A stretch of DNA of 62,890 nt, counting the filler, from Lenisia limosa (Eukaryota; Protista; Breviatea), in NCBI GenBank assembly GCA_001655205.1. It is 11 parts of 11 records of this genome, joined end to end, with 100 filler letters (N's around TTAATTAATTAA, not from the genome) between each part and the next. Parts side by side here need not be neighbours in the genome. Positions count along the whole stretch, not along the records: positions 44,932 to 48,168 come from LPNZ01005885.1; positions 48,269 to 52,315 come from LPNZ01000604.1; positions 52,416 to 62,890 come from LPNZ01006216.1; 8 more parts are not named here. The stretch is one strand, 5' to 3'. Below the pieces are notes generated by a model. That model searched no databases. It had not been told where the DNA came from and was given only the letters and a program-made list of their open reading frames with translations. Below are positions 47,212 to 60,256 of the stretch, one piece after another. Position 1 is the stretch's first letter. Every line of letters starts with the position of its first letter. The translations under genes were made by a program, and so were the position numbers.

Positions 47212-48282
47212 AACAGTGTATCTTTGTCTGCTTGGTAAAACGAATACCGTATCGAAAAAGCTCACAAAAAGAAAGATTGTACTCACAAAATGAAAGAAAT
47301 AAAAAACAAAAACAAGATTGTATTTACAAAATGTAAGAAATAAAAAGAAGTAGATGGAAGGAGTTAGAANNNNNNNNNNNNNNNNNNNNNNNNNNNNNNN
47401 NNNNNNNNNNNNNNNNNNNNNNNNNNNNNNNNNNNNNNNNNNNNNNNNNNNNNNNNNNNNNNNNNNNNNNNNNNNNNNNNNNNNNNNNNNNNNNNNNNNN
47501 NNNNNNNNNNNNNNNNNNNNNNNNNNNNNNNNNNNNNNNNNNNNNNNCGATGAAGGGAGTTGTTGTATAGCTTAAACAGCCCTGCAAGCATGTTTTGCTC
47601 TTCTATGCTCTTCTAGAGAGGTGTTAATACGATGATGACGATTCAAATCAGAAAAAAAACCAAAGTAATTTCCACCCCATGGAATGGAAATATCATCACT
47701 ATACGTGTACATAGGGGTTTCCTACCGACCGAAAAAAATACTGAATTTTTTGATAAATCCTCGATAAATATCGATATTTTCCCGGTCTATTTCGGACAGA
47801 CAGTATCCAAACACCCTCATGCATGGTCCCGCCCCCTCTCATTATTTGTTCAATCCCTCGCTCCCTACCGGGTCTTGTTTGCCCTCCCTAATCATTATGA
47901 GGCAGCGCGGCATTCTTTCGTCAATTGATAACTGGAACTTCTGAAGTGGTCATACGTGCCCCCATGTTCTTTAATAATTCGCAAGATCTCTATTTTGACT
48001 TTGTTTCAGGAAATAGGATGATTTTTACAAGATACCAGCACATTCGAGAATATTCACACAAAGCGCTGAATTCTAATATAAAATAATCGACAGTTTTCTC
48101 CTCTGAAAGGAAAAATGGAACAAAAGGTGCTGGCCAAACCTTCATTTTATGGCATTCGAGGAAGAGAANNNNNNNNNNNNNNNNNNNNNNNNNNNNNNNN
48201 NNNNNNNNNNNNTTAATTAATTAANNNNNNNNNNNNNNNNNNNNNNNNNNNNNNNNNNNNNNNNNNNNCCCCCCCCCCCTAG

Positions 48283-50184
48283 CTTCAGTCGAACTTTTAC
48301 GAAGCGATCAGTATGGGTAGTCTGGACATGGCCATACTGGATGGCGAGGATGTGCAGCAAAGTGGGGGGAAATTTCGATGAAGAATTATGGCATTAAGGT
48401 ACTTCACGAACTGAATATCGGAAACTCCAACCAAATAAAAAACAGCACTCATAAACATGAGCAATCAACGCTAAAACTAGACAAAAACCATATGACCAAA
48501 CAAGAATATACTGTACGTATGATAGTGTTGTTGCTTGGGGGGGGGGGGGGGTTAATAATGTGCTGTGTTATTTTATTTTTTAATGTCAATTACTTCTCTT
48601 TCTCAAAAAAAACCACCGTCTTCTTTCCCTCACCCTGCAGCCCAGGACCCACCACCCCTCTCCGCCGGGCTTGTTGACTTAACATCGGAAGCAAGCATGT
48701 CCACTTTCACACGCCAAAGTTGCGCTAGCGCCATTTCAAGTACATCGCAGGACCAGGATGTGGATCTACCTCCTGGGTGAGCTTCGAGTTTTTTTAAAAG
48801 CTGGTTCATCTTTTTACTACTTTTTACTAGAATTAAACTATATTTTGGTCAGTTTTGTACAATAATTACTTTTATTACACTAAATCTAAATCATACAAGT
48901 TATGATTGGTTCTTTTTATCATTTTTCTAACAATAAAAAGATAAATATGTGATCGCCCTTCTCATAATTTCTAAATAGTATTATTACACAGTGACCGGGA
49001 TAAGTCTTGACCCATTTGCTGTGTGTTTTCCTTGGGAAAATCGGTGAAGGCTAATCCCAGTCACTGTATAATATGATTCTTGTTCTAACATTATTGAAAA
49101 ATCACAAACGAGCGTTCTTCACTGATGTAGATGGCTTCTCGAGGAAGACCCTGGTGAAAAGAGCGACGGGAGCACAGGCGCTTTTGAACCCGATATTTCA
49201 GGCATCTCAATGCTGCTCACTGTGACTCAGCTGAAAATTAATGATGATCTTGTGGCAAGCCGCACGTGTAAGGTCATGCCCTCTGCTAGCGTGGGTTGCA
49301 TCTTTTAAAAACTCCTTCTGATGTTTTCTTTGCGTACAGTAAACCGCGTGATCTTTATGATCCTAGTTCCAACAGAGACTTCACTGCAAAAAAAAAAAGA
49401 AATCTGACCCTCTCTCCTCACCCTTTAGGAGCTCCAAACGGCCATTATAGAGGAGCAACTCCTGAGGCTTCGTGAACTCCACCAATCCGTGGCTGAGGCT
49501 GTTTTGAATAGGGCTGTTGAGCTTGTTGGTCAAGGTGGGAGGTGGTCCGTAAGTTGAAGACAGGGATCCACTTCGGTTTGAAAAAAATGATAAAATGTCG
49601 ATATTTATCGAGGATTTATCGAGATTGAGTTTTTTTTTTTTGAACCAAAGTGCAGTCCAAGTTGAAGGTTAGGGCGAGGGGTGCTCTGAGGTAAAGGAAG
49701 TGGGGAATGTGCTTAAAGATTCTATGTGCTAATGGGAGGAAAGGTGTATGTGTGTGGGGTGGGGTGATTGTATCCTTAATATATTTCCTGTTTACTCCTC
49801 CTTTTATATCCTCCGAGCCACTTCATGTACAGTGACCAGGATAAGTCTTGACCGATTTACTAGATGATTTCCCAAGGAAAATAGCTCAAAACCCGATCAC
49901 TCTATATCTTTACCCTCCATTTTATGTCCAGACATGGTGTGTGGTGCTACAGAAGCGACTGGGCGGCTTTCTTTGTGTTGTTGCTTTCAACCCACGTGTT
50001 TTTCCCAAATGCTTAGGCAACAGAGCTTAACCTAGTTTTTTTTCTGTTTGTTTGTTTGCTTGTTTGTTTGCTTGTGTCTTATCTTCTTTTTTTTTTTTCT
50101 ATTTTTACCCCAATAGAAGAGTCTGAATCATCCCTTCTTAATCTGAGGGCTGAATTGAGTCGAAGGCGAACACTGGAACAATAG
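48283..50184 (+). CDS. Unknown multi-exon protein with a helical C-terminus, 5'-partial
   Basis: Exons WLLEEDPGEKSDGSTGAFEPDISGISMLLTVTQLKIND, ELQTAIIEEQLLRLRELHQSVAEAVLNRAVELVGQ and EESESSLLNLRAELSRRRTLEQ*. Confidence 0.4.
48989..49066. mobile_element. Tc1/mariner-like MITE family B (~78 bp); other copies 49830-49902, 50575-50621 (partial), 51488-51565
   Basis: TIRs CAGTGACCGGGATAAG...CCCAGTCACTG; TA on both sides at 51488-51565. Confidence 0.8.
49561..49660. mobile_element. hAT-like MITE family C, full copy
   Basis: CAGGGATCCACTTCGGTTTGAAAAAAA...TTTTTTGAACCAAAGTGCAGTCCAA; 8-bp TSD gttgaaga/gttgaagg. Confidence 0.85.
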
Positions 50185-50803
50185 AATATTTTGTTTTAAT
50201 TTAGGTCCGATTTTTTATGTTTGCTGATTTAATGTATTAACGAGAACAAGTTCGGATTATTAAAAGGTTTAAATTGGCTAAACCAAAGTTATCTTGGTGG
50301 ATAGATTGCCTTTCATATTTGGGATCTGGTCGTTAAATCGACGTCTTTTGGCAGCGTGTTGCTTTTAATGTTGTTTGCTCTTGTCTGAGATTTTAATCTA
50401 TAAATCGTCAATATTTTTTATTCCTGCTGCCACTCCTGAGTCTGAGTGAATAGTTGTTCCCACTCAGTTAAGCAAATGGTCGGAGATTTGCTCTGACCTA
50501 AGTTCAGAGCTGTATGCATGCCCAGTTTTGAATCCTGGCCCCGAGTCCCCAATGGTACATCTCCCGCCCAGATACAGTGATTGGGATAAATCCTGACTTC
50601 CCAAGAAATTAGGTCAAGACTCCCCCCACTCCCCTTGTGAATAAAGTTAGGATAATATTATTTTTTACAAAACATGGCACACGCTCAAAGTCGGGTTCTA
50701 CTTTCATTATACAGAAAACACAAAGCAAAAACTAAAACAGATCACAAGACATACACAGAAATCAGGGGAAACAGTGTTAAATAGGGGGCAGGAGTGAGAG
50801 AGC

Positions 50804-52300
50804 CTAGGTGAGGTTGTGGGGCGGCTACAAAGTCAGCTGTGTTGGACTTTGACCTTTTTTGAAGTCACATGGATATTAAGCTGTTTCTTAAATCGTGTCA
50901 GGACTATTCACGGTAAATGTATAATACATTGTTGGCTTCAACGAGAGATTTGCTTTATCATGGAAGCAGAAGATCTTGAACTTTCATAATACAGGTGATA
51001 TCGATATAAGATATAAAACTACAATCTATCAAAAACATTCATTCGTAGTGAAACATGGGTAGATTTGCATTAACGGCCAGGTATGGAAAACATTAGTCCG
51101 AAAAAAGACAGGTAAAATAGCGATAGTGTTCCATTTATTGAGATATTTTCTCATTTTTTGGATCAAGGTGAAGCCGCCCTGAAATCATAATCATAAGTAG
51201 TGCTTCCCTCCCTTACCCTATATGAGGGCACGATGGAGGCAAAGAAGTGCGCTATGAAGTCCTCTATTTTCCTGACTCGGGTCCTTACAAACTCTGAGGG
51301 TGCAACGGTTCCTGGAAATGTGAGTAAACGTTTTCAAACCAAAAAAAAAAAAAGAAGTCGAAATTTCTCTATGAATATTCGACACATTACATCGGAGAAA
51401 ATAGAAAGAAATCATGAGAGCATTATTTAATTTCCAAAAAGACCGAGGGACATAGATAGCTTTTAAGGATAATTAATTAAGGATCTACAGTGACTGTGAT
51501 AGGTCCTAACACGAGTATTGAGCTTTTCCTTGAGTCAATCGTGACAGTACTTATCCCGGTCACTGTACCAGTGTTTTTGGAGGAGTTCGGTCATTATTCT
51601 GTTCATGAATCCCACCGGGCTCTGCTTCCGGGGGGTTGTTGGCAAGAAGTTCAAAAAAGTTTGCCAGGAATCCCAGAGATAAGTAGCCGGTCTTGAATCT
51701 GGGGGGTGTGGAGGGTATAAAACGAAGGAAATTTCGATGTAGAATATTGGCGTTAAGGTAACTACGTAAAATAAATCATCAATGAGTGAAACAGAAAAGC
51801 TTAGAATCAACTCTGTATGGTTAGCACTTGACAAAAACGAGGTTAAAAATAACGAAAACAAACAAAGCTAGTCAAGTTGCTTCTAGAGCACCGCAGACGC
51901 ACTATATAGCAAAGAAGAGACCCCCCCACTTACAAGCAATAGATGGCAGAAAGAACAGCCATGGGGATGATGACAGTGCTATTGAGGCCGTAACCAAAGA
52001 TGATGAGCAAAATCCAGAGCTTGAACAAATTCCTCGCGAGTCCTTCGATGGGAAGTCCCTCGTTCTAATCCAGTCAAAAGATGATACCCTTTCAATAAAG
52101 TGTATAACTCTACGATATATCGATATGTATATCTAATGTGCTGCTTCACCCTCCCTAAAAGTACAACTCCAAATAACAGAACACAACGCCCCCCCCCCCA
52201 CAACTTGATGGACATCCCTCGGGGCTTGACCCCCTATCCCGGCAGCTTGGAATTCTTGACGGTTGCGTTCCTCAACCTCACGCGCTACTTCCTCCTGTCG
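50804..52300 (-). CDS. HERP/HERPUD-like ER membrane protein, C-terminal part
   Basis: Splices to ...LARNLFKLWILLIIFGYGLNSTVIIPMAVLSAIYCL|FKTGYLSLGFLANFF...|...KIEDFIAHFFASIVPSYR|PPHNLT*. Two TM segments plus an FFxSxxP tail resemble HERP-family C-termini; the UBL domain is not visible. Confidence 0.45.
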
Positions 52301-52599
52301 TCTGGGGGGGGGGGGNNNNNNNNNNNNNNNNNNNNNNNNNNNNNNNNNNNNNNNNNNNNTTAATTAATTAANNNNNNNNNNNNNNNNNNNNNNNNNNNNN
52401 NNNNNNNNNNNNNNNTAAATGTACTCATTTAATCCATACCATAAGATATGATATGTATATTATATGATAACATTAAATGCAGCAATAAAAATAACAAAAT
52501 AAAATTCCGTTTTTTTTCAGCAGTTCCAAAAACAAAACCAATTCAGGTACTTGCACAGGGCGATGCTATCATGTTTTTATGATGACATAAGAGGGAAAT

Positions 52600-55060
52600 A
52601 TGATGCTCTCACTAATGCTGTTGTCTCATATGGACTCAATGGATTTGTAAGAAAGCAGGATACCTCCTTGTTCAAACCTGGCTAGTGATAGACTTGGTGA
52701 CAATATCGGTATCGGGAAGTTGGTTGACATGTAGACACAGAATGAGATCAGCGAGGCCACGTTAAGCAACACCCAACACACAAGTATGAAGAGACATGCT
52801 ATATATAGCAAATCGAATCCTAATGAATAACAAAACTATCTGATGCAGCAATATCAAATATAGTCTTTCACTTACCTTAATGAATTGGGGTGTAAAATCG
52901 ATTGTCCAGCTTGGCACCAGACTTTTTCTCAGGGTCGATGAACTTGTTTGAGTCCGGAGATTCACGAAACTTCTCAAAGGCCTTCGTAATCAGCCGCAGA
53001 GTGGTAGCCGCTTGTGGTATGGCCTCGATGCGGTCGGCCCATGTGAAGGCATCCTCGGGGGTGTCGGAAGGGAGGTGGCGGGGAGTCAAGTTGTAGCCCT
53101 CAGGATGGAGGCCGATGAAGGAAGCTGCCTGGAGACGGACGAGCTCAAGGGCGGCAGCGAACGCGAGAGTTTCAGGGCTATCGGTGGCGACAAGGCTGTT
53201 CACGAGAGGGCGATCCAACAAATGTCAAAGATTGGAAAGTGACACTTATCCATTGTAACAACGTGACAGAAAACACTCCATCAAAGCTCACTGGTTGGCA
53301 GCAGAGATCAAATCAGACTGGCTAAGCCTGATGAAGAAATGGGTATGATTTTTCATTGTATTATTTTGCTAACCATCCAATGGTGACTTTGTTATCGCAT
53401 CCAGCAAGCATTGACGTCTTTGGGCCGAATTTGGAGCCCAACTCCTTGTAATCGATGCGCATGGCAGCGAGCTTGAGGACGTTGATGTGACATTCTTGAA
53501 GGTTGGGAGGGATGGGGATGGAGAAGTACTCCTCAGTGATTCAGCAGTAACCACTAAGACGGGTGGGGTACACCATATGGGAACATTCTGATCAGACACT
53601 TGGGAGGGGTATTCGAGGGTAAGGATTACGGATCAAGAAGGACACTTGAGGTCAATCCAGGATTGGAGGGACATGCGTGAAATAGATGAGAGGGGCAGTG
53701 GGAGCGTGTCCTTATCTTTGGTTCTCTTGCTGACTTCATCATTCAGGGACTTCGTGAGTCGTCTCCCGATAGGCAGGGGTCTACCTGTCCAGTTGAGCTT
53801 GCCGGTGATGGACTAAAGCTCGGAGAGGAAGATGTTTTTCGTGAGAGCCGCGTTGAAGTTGAAGAGGTACGCATCAATCTTCTCTTGGGGGAGGCTTGCG
53901 GTCATTGGTAGTGTCAAGGAGAACACCTAAGACGATGGATCTCCTTGTGGAGGATACAACCTTGTGATAACTGTTTCCAGGTGATGAGGAGCGTGGCGAG
54001 CATATACTTGGCATGAGTTCGTTCTTGGCGGCACCGAAGACATCGTCGATGGAGATTGAGATGACGCAAGACGGAGGATGAATTGAAGTGCTTGTCGTTC
54101 GTGTTGAGAAATGCCGTGGTGCTCGAGATCGTAGTCACCATTTAGGATGTCACCGTTCGTGATACTGAACTTGGCGATTTCGTTGGAGGCAATGGAGATG
54201 AGATCGAAGATGATGGGACAATCCTTCAAACTCATTGGTAGGCATATGAAGTGACCGGTGATGCCGGATTGGGTCTTGAGCCAGACTCAGTTGTAGTTTG
54301 AGGTGTGTAGGGGACAATGTGGAAAGCGTCTTTCATACCACCTCCTATCAAGTACCACCCTTCTTGAAGCATATACATATATAGAGCTGGGTGGTTCGGT
54401 CGAGGCCGAAGGAGGTACGAGAGTGTGTTCAGAGAGGGCCTTGCCACCCAGGATCAGTCTACTTTTCAGATGGAGGACTTCTTTCGTGGCGATGCCGAGT
54501 GGATTGACGTGAATGTCAGTGAGGGGGGGGGGAGAATGACAATACCGTTCTTGTTGAGGGCCTTAATGGAGTCATCAATAAGCTTAGAGTGCTCACTGGC
54601 TTTGGGCCAGTTGGGTGTGGCGGGAGAAGGGAGTATTGGGTCAATGCTGAGGTCGGCGCCGTATTACAGACTACTTCAATATACTGGAAATTGCAATGCG
54701 ACAGATCATTCAGAAAAAGGTCGAGCTTATTATATTTCAGCTACTCCATGGGAAGTAATGTCTGTTCGTGACCGCCAACCTGCAGAAAACTACTTCCCTA
54801 TTACCCTCGATGAGCTTCCTGATGCGTGGAATGGCTTTGATCCTGAGTCAGGAGATGGTTATTTGAACACAAGAGAAAGAGCCATTGAGGCGTATGTTGG
54901 GTGGGATTCGCTTGGAGATCGTCCCAAAATGTCTTCCTCCACCAAGATTGCGATAGTTCCTTCTCGATGAAAACACCACGCTCCTTTACTGCCTGCTTGA
55001 CCCGATTTGTTCACCATCGTCTGGCTTTGCAGGAAGCCAATCGGCAAAGATGCCATCAAG
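52600..55060 (-). mobile_element. Decayed DIRS-type (tyrosine-recombinase class) retrotransposon, RT-RNase H pseudogene (core ~53250-54700)
   Basis: Minus-strand motifs in order, with stops and frameshifts: HVNPLGIATK..KSRLI; GWYLIGGGMKDAFHIVP; LPMSLKDCPIIF; SIDDVFGAA; KVV..RSIVLGVLLDTT..ASLPQEK; EL*SITGKLNW; HINVLKLAA; GCDNKVTIGW. Confidence 0.78.
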
Positions 55061-55199
55061 GAGGCTGCTGAAACTTGCAGAAAGATTCAATCTGTCAGCT
55101 ATTGTTTATGTCACAATTTTATATCAAGATTTTTTAATAATATCTACAGCTCGGTGTCACGATAAAGATCGAATCGATTGGCTGGAATCTTAAAGAAAC

Positions 55200-56990
55200 G
55201 ATGTGTCTGGGAGAGGGTCTAAAACTAAGGCAAAAGATGCCGTAGCTCAATTAAAGCAAACGTCCCATCAGACCTTGAACTTACAAGAAAGGACCCAGGT
55301 TTGTTTACGATATGACACATAAACAAACTAGAAAATGCTATATTAAGTTCCCATAATTATATTTTGTTGATTTTGTTTTGCTTTAATTGATTCCAGCCTG
55401 AAACCACTTTGATCATGGCCCGTCTTCGGCATGCTGGTGTGAGAATCCTGACAAAAGTCACCTTTGCTTCATCAAGGCGGTCATTACCTGATGCTAATTC
55501 CAAGGCGTCCATCAAGGCCTATGGTGTTGCTATTACAGCCGAGGAGCTCGTCAAGATCGAAGTCACCGCCCTGAGACACAAATTAGATTGGCAGGCTATG
55601 TCATTTCTTGGAGCGAAAAAATAATATCATATAGTATATACTATATAATTATATAGAAATATATTTTAGGGATACAAACGCAATACATTGGGATCCCAAA
55701 GCAAAAAAAAAACATACTATTTACCTGTTAAAGAAAGATGCGTATTACGCACATTAACTTATTGAAGTAGCATTTGAAAGTCTTGAGTCATACTTTCCAA
55801 CTGAGATGGTTCCGTACAAGTATGAAACACTAACAAGACCCTGAAGTCAAAAACAAACAAGGTGTCCTCACTTCTATTCAATAATGTTTTGTCAATGATT
55901 GCATTTTTACATTATTAGATCATCAAGTCAGAACTGTAAAGCACAGCTCCTTGAACTTATGGAGAAGTGGGTGAAGCTCTTGGATGGCTCAGCTCCTGGC
56001 ATTCCTGGTATCGATCTTAATTCTATGGCGAAAATGTATGCATCAAGGAAGATCCCATGGCATCCGCAGTGACCGTAACATCCATGTCTGGTGAGATTGT
56101 TTCATCCAGAATTGTCGTCGGTTTACCCTCTCTTGCCACTGCTACCTCGACTTGTCAGAAGCACCCAGCCCTTTCAACCAACCCTTACCTTCCCAAGCTC
56201 TCCTCTGTCGATATCCCCGAGTCAGAAAACGCTACAATTGACATGATGGTTTTAACAGCAGGGACTACTTCTCTACTGAAGCCTTTCCTCGGTGTATTGA
56301 GGCAATGGCACGTGACAAGCGCTCTTCACAAGACCCCCCTCATGATGATCGGAGATGGGGCCCACATCCACGCGACGATTGAGGTTTTTGATGTGACTGT
56401 TGATTCCATGAATTCTTCAAATTCTAAATAATCTGTCAGGTATGTGCTGCGATCTTCCTTCTATATGGCATCATATTTTTCATTGAGCCCGCATTTACTC
56501 CCTTGTATTCTATTGATTTCCCCCCGTTTGTTATGGCTTTCCCCCTGTTTGTTATTGCTTTCCCCCTCCTTTTTTCCAGGTTTGATATACTATGTATGTA
56601 TTTTGGTGTATTTTTTTTTGAGGGATATTTAGATCGTCCAATGTAGCCCTTCAGATTGCAGACTCTCACTACCATGCGAAAGTTAACCACAAGGTTTATG
56701 AACAAATTGCAGACTGGAAGGCGGCTAACGCTGTAAGGTAGGATAATTTGTCCGACTTTTGAATTGACTTTATTTTGGGTGATGAATTTCACATGATTAG
56801 AGCCATGAAAGAAGAGATTTTCGGCATCATCGCTGTCACTATGAGCACCCCCAGTACATTTTTTAAAAGCTACAGCGCCTTAAGGATGGGCTTGTTACAA
56901 TTTTTGGCCTTTTTTACAACGACTTTCTTGAAGACGCCCGGTGTGCATAGTACTCTTGGGACGAATGTAAAGTGTTAGCGAAACTACGCA
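55200..56990 (+). pseudogene. DDE (pogo/Tc5-like, DDE_1) transposase remnant, apparently intron-containing
   Basis: NYGEVG (cf. NxDETG), TVTSMSGEIVSSRIVVG, MMIGDGAHIH (cf. LILDGHxSH) and LDRPM*PF (cf. QPLDxxVFxPFK) occur in the expected order with stops. Confidence 0.4.
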
Positions 56991-57396
56991 GCATTAATTC
57001 GGTCACCCCTCCCAAAACAGCAAGATCAGCCCACTTAAGCCTCGGTTAAGTCACATTCCATGTTATTCAACATTTTAATCAAGTTTGCAAGAAGTTGGCT
57101 GTAATAAACCTCCCTCTGAGATGAATTTCGGGGAGTCGCTGTAATTACTTTACTATATCAATTTTTCCATAAATGAAAAAATGGACTGAACCACCTTAAT
57201 GTTATTAGGATGTGAGAAATTACAGTTATCAGGGAAATTAAAGGTATCAGAACAAAAAATGACCCCAAAACAAAAAACTATTTTTTTTTATTATTATTTT
57301 CTTGAGGGTATTTGTTCATGTATCAAGCTGAGACAGCCCCTGAAGAAGAAAAACTCCAACACACACACAATTTCAAGGTATTCAATGCATGATCCT

Positions 57397-58300
57397 ACAG
57401 GTACTGTCCGATGACGGAGATGGGAAGAGCAAATCCATTGTCGTAAAAACATAGAATACTCCATATAGTATATGCATAGGTATCTGCATGAAATCGATAG
57501 CTAACATGAATGAAAATGGTATTATAATCACCAGTTAAACTTGATGAAAAGTCACACATCATTGTGAAGTACTCGATGGATTGGCTGATATGTCGACCTG
57601 AGACACAACTAAAATGAAATACTGCCGGTGGGTACCGTGTGATGCCATGTGTAAGAACAGATGTTGAAAGTTAACAGAAGCACATAGTGAAGACCTCATA
57701 TGATATCATATGTATGCTATATGCAAAATATAGTTACAATCTACTTAATAATGTATCAGGGCTCGTAGATACTCATAACCACTTGGTGTGTTGTTTTTTA
57801 AAAACACCATTTAATCACAAACTTGTTTTTGTTTATTGTCTGTCCCAACCTTACCTGTATATCTATATGCTCTAACTCTCCGTCCTTAACCAAACAGAAA
57901 GTGAAATTGGAAACAGAAAAGGTAGTGATAGCTGACGAAATTTGGGAAGGACACTTTATTACATTTAAAACTGAACGGGACTCTGAACTCTTTCCACTTT
58001 TCAAATGGTTCAAAGAAGAAGAATCAAGAGGCCTTGTTAGTTTTCAAGTGGCTGATGAGAGGTTTGTAGGAAATTTTTGGTATCTTACTTTATAGATGTA
58101 AACTAGAACACGATGTTATCAAACTAAAAAACTCTCCAAATTTTATTAACCCCTTCGAATTCGAAAAGGTTTACGACGTCCTCACTGAAGAGAACTTCAA
58201 CCTTCATAAACGGGTTTATTCTTTGAAAACTCAACTCAGTTTGACAATGCACATATCAGTATCATCAGAATTTTCACCGCATTTTGTTTAACTTTGTAGT
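57397..58300 (+). CDS. Unknown multi-exon protein fragment
   Basis: Exon-like blocks KVKLETEKVVIADEIWEGHFITFKTERDSELFPLFKWFKEEESRGL and CKLEHDVIKLKNSPNFINPFEFEKVYDVLTEENF. Confidence 0.3.
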
Positions 58301-60256
58301 TTCCTTCAATCTCAGATTCTAGATGAGACAAATAATTTCGGCTTTCAATTAAGAATCTAATACATACAGAATATACACCTTTCAAGGGGGGGGGGGGGTT
58401 ANNNNNNNNNNNNNNNNNNNNNNNNNNNNNNNNNNNNNNNNNNNNNNNNNNNNNNNNNNNNNNNNNNNNNNNNNNNNNNNNNNNNNNNNNNNNNNNNNNN
58501 NNNNNNNNNNNNNNNNNNNNNNNNNNNNNNNNNNNNNAAAAATCTAATTCAGCTCAAAGCTTGGGGAAATACATCAGAGTCCGCCCTTATTTTACATCAA
58601 AGTCCGTATTTATTCTGTACATCAGAGGTACTTCTAACAACTTCTAAATTATCAACCTTTTTTTTGAACTATTATAACTTTTTTGAAAATACAGTCTTTT
58701 TAATATTTTCTTTTTTTACCAAACATCGACTTGGCGTGTATACTGTGCTTCCCTCCCACTCTCCCACCTGATATGTTCCTAATACAACGTACTGAGGGGG
58801 AGCAAGGCAAGCTCAGCACAGATGTCCTTCACTTTTTATTGCTTCGGCCCTTCTCCACGGCTAAATGACTTACACTTTGCCATAAATAACAATCAGAGCT
58901 TCAAGTGCAACTTTGTCATCACCGCCGAAATTGTCTTCCTTACCTTTTTTAGGTTGAGGATCAGCCCTGAGACCAGCAGTCCCGATAGTCTTACTGTGGA
59001 AATCTTCTACATGTGAAAAGCGTTGCAATCTAAAGGTACTTAAAAGGTTGGTGGGTTACTTACTTTGAATACCCTATTTGATATGTTTGATAATTTACTT
59101 ATTAGATCACCCGTGCGTTTGTAGTCTATTGTAAGGAAGTGCTCATAACAGAAATTTGAAACAGACTTTGAAATGGCCAAGTGGGGTGTTTAGTGTTATT
59201 AGGTATTGGGCTATGGATGTTGTCGTCGTTATGCTTTAAACTTCATGAGCAAGGAAAACGCATCCTGGACAAGTTATGGACTTCTTCAAATACATCAAGG
59301 AAAAGTCCAATTCTTGAAAGTTGACGGTGAGATTTCAACGTTTCTGTTTCTATCCTTGTATGTGTGTAAGGGGAGCTAGACCCCTAACTCACACAAAAGC
59401 ACCAGGTTCATTACGTAAACTTAACGGTACCCAAATTCAAATTGTTTTGGCAAAAATCATCACCTCCCCCTTTCAACGCTTAACTCCACCCCCTCTCCAA
59501 CCCACTTTGCAGGCTTCGAGGACGTCACCTTCCACTCCACTTGAAAAGGCGCCACCCTCGCCAACATGTGCGAAGGTCTTTCCAATGAGGACATTTAGCN
59601 NNNNNNNNNNNNNNNNNNNNNNNNNNNNNNNNNNNNNNNNNNNNNNNNNNNNNNNNNNNNNNNNNNNNNNNNNNNNNNNNNNNNNNNNNNNNNNNNNNNN
59701 NNNNNNNNNNNNNNNNNNNNNNNNNNNNNNNNNNNNNNNNNNNNNNNNNNNNNNNTCTAATCCAATGTCAAGTAAACAGCCATTGCATTTCATTTGTTTT
59801 TGTTGTACTTAAATATAAGAGTACTATTAATATTTATTAATAGCACTATATTGCATTATTAATAAGTGCTTGAAAATAGTATTTTCATAATCAATATTGA
59901 GTTTGGAAAAGTATTATCCAAATCACAACTATAATTACTATTAATCCGTAATAGCACTAAAAATAAGTATTGTTTTTTAATATTTATCGGTAGTGCCCTT
60001 CTAAAAAAAGTCCTACAATTAAAATACAGTAATAGCAACTTGTTACGTAGGTCCCAAAAAAAGGTGCATGGGCGCGGAGGCATGGTATTTTGTTTATGGT
60101 ATCCCTATGTATTTATTTGTTTCCCCTGTATTATTTCTCCCTTGCATATTATTTCTGAATCAGTATCACAATATCGCTACCTTCCCTACCATTCCAATCT
60201 AGGTTAAAATTACATCATAAAATCACTAATTTACACAAATGATAAATTCTTTAAGA

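Noticed and set aside
51486-51567. MITE B creating a GT...AG intron on its own
   Set aside because: Recounting the C-run places the real donor upstream (CCC G|gtggga), so the MITE lies inside an ordinary intron; precise excision would also remove 4 nt.
54425-54970. 181-aa plus-strand ORF as a novel gene
   Set aside because: It overlaps the RT N-terminus on the opposite strand, which has recognisable motifs.
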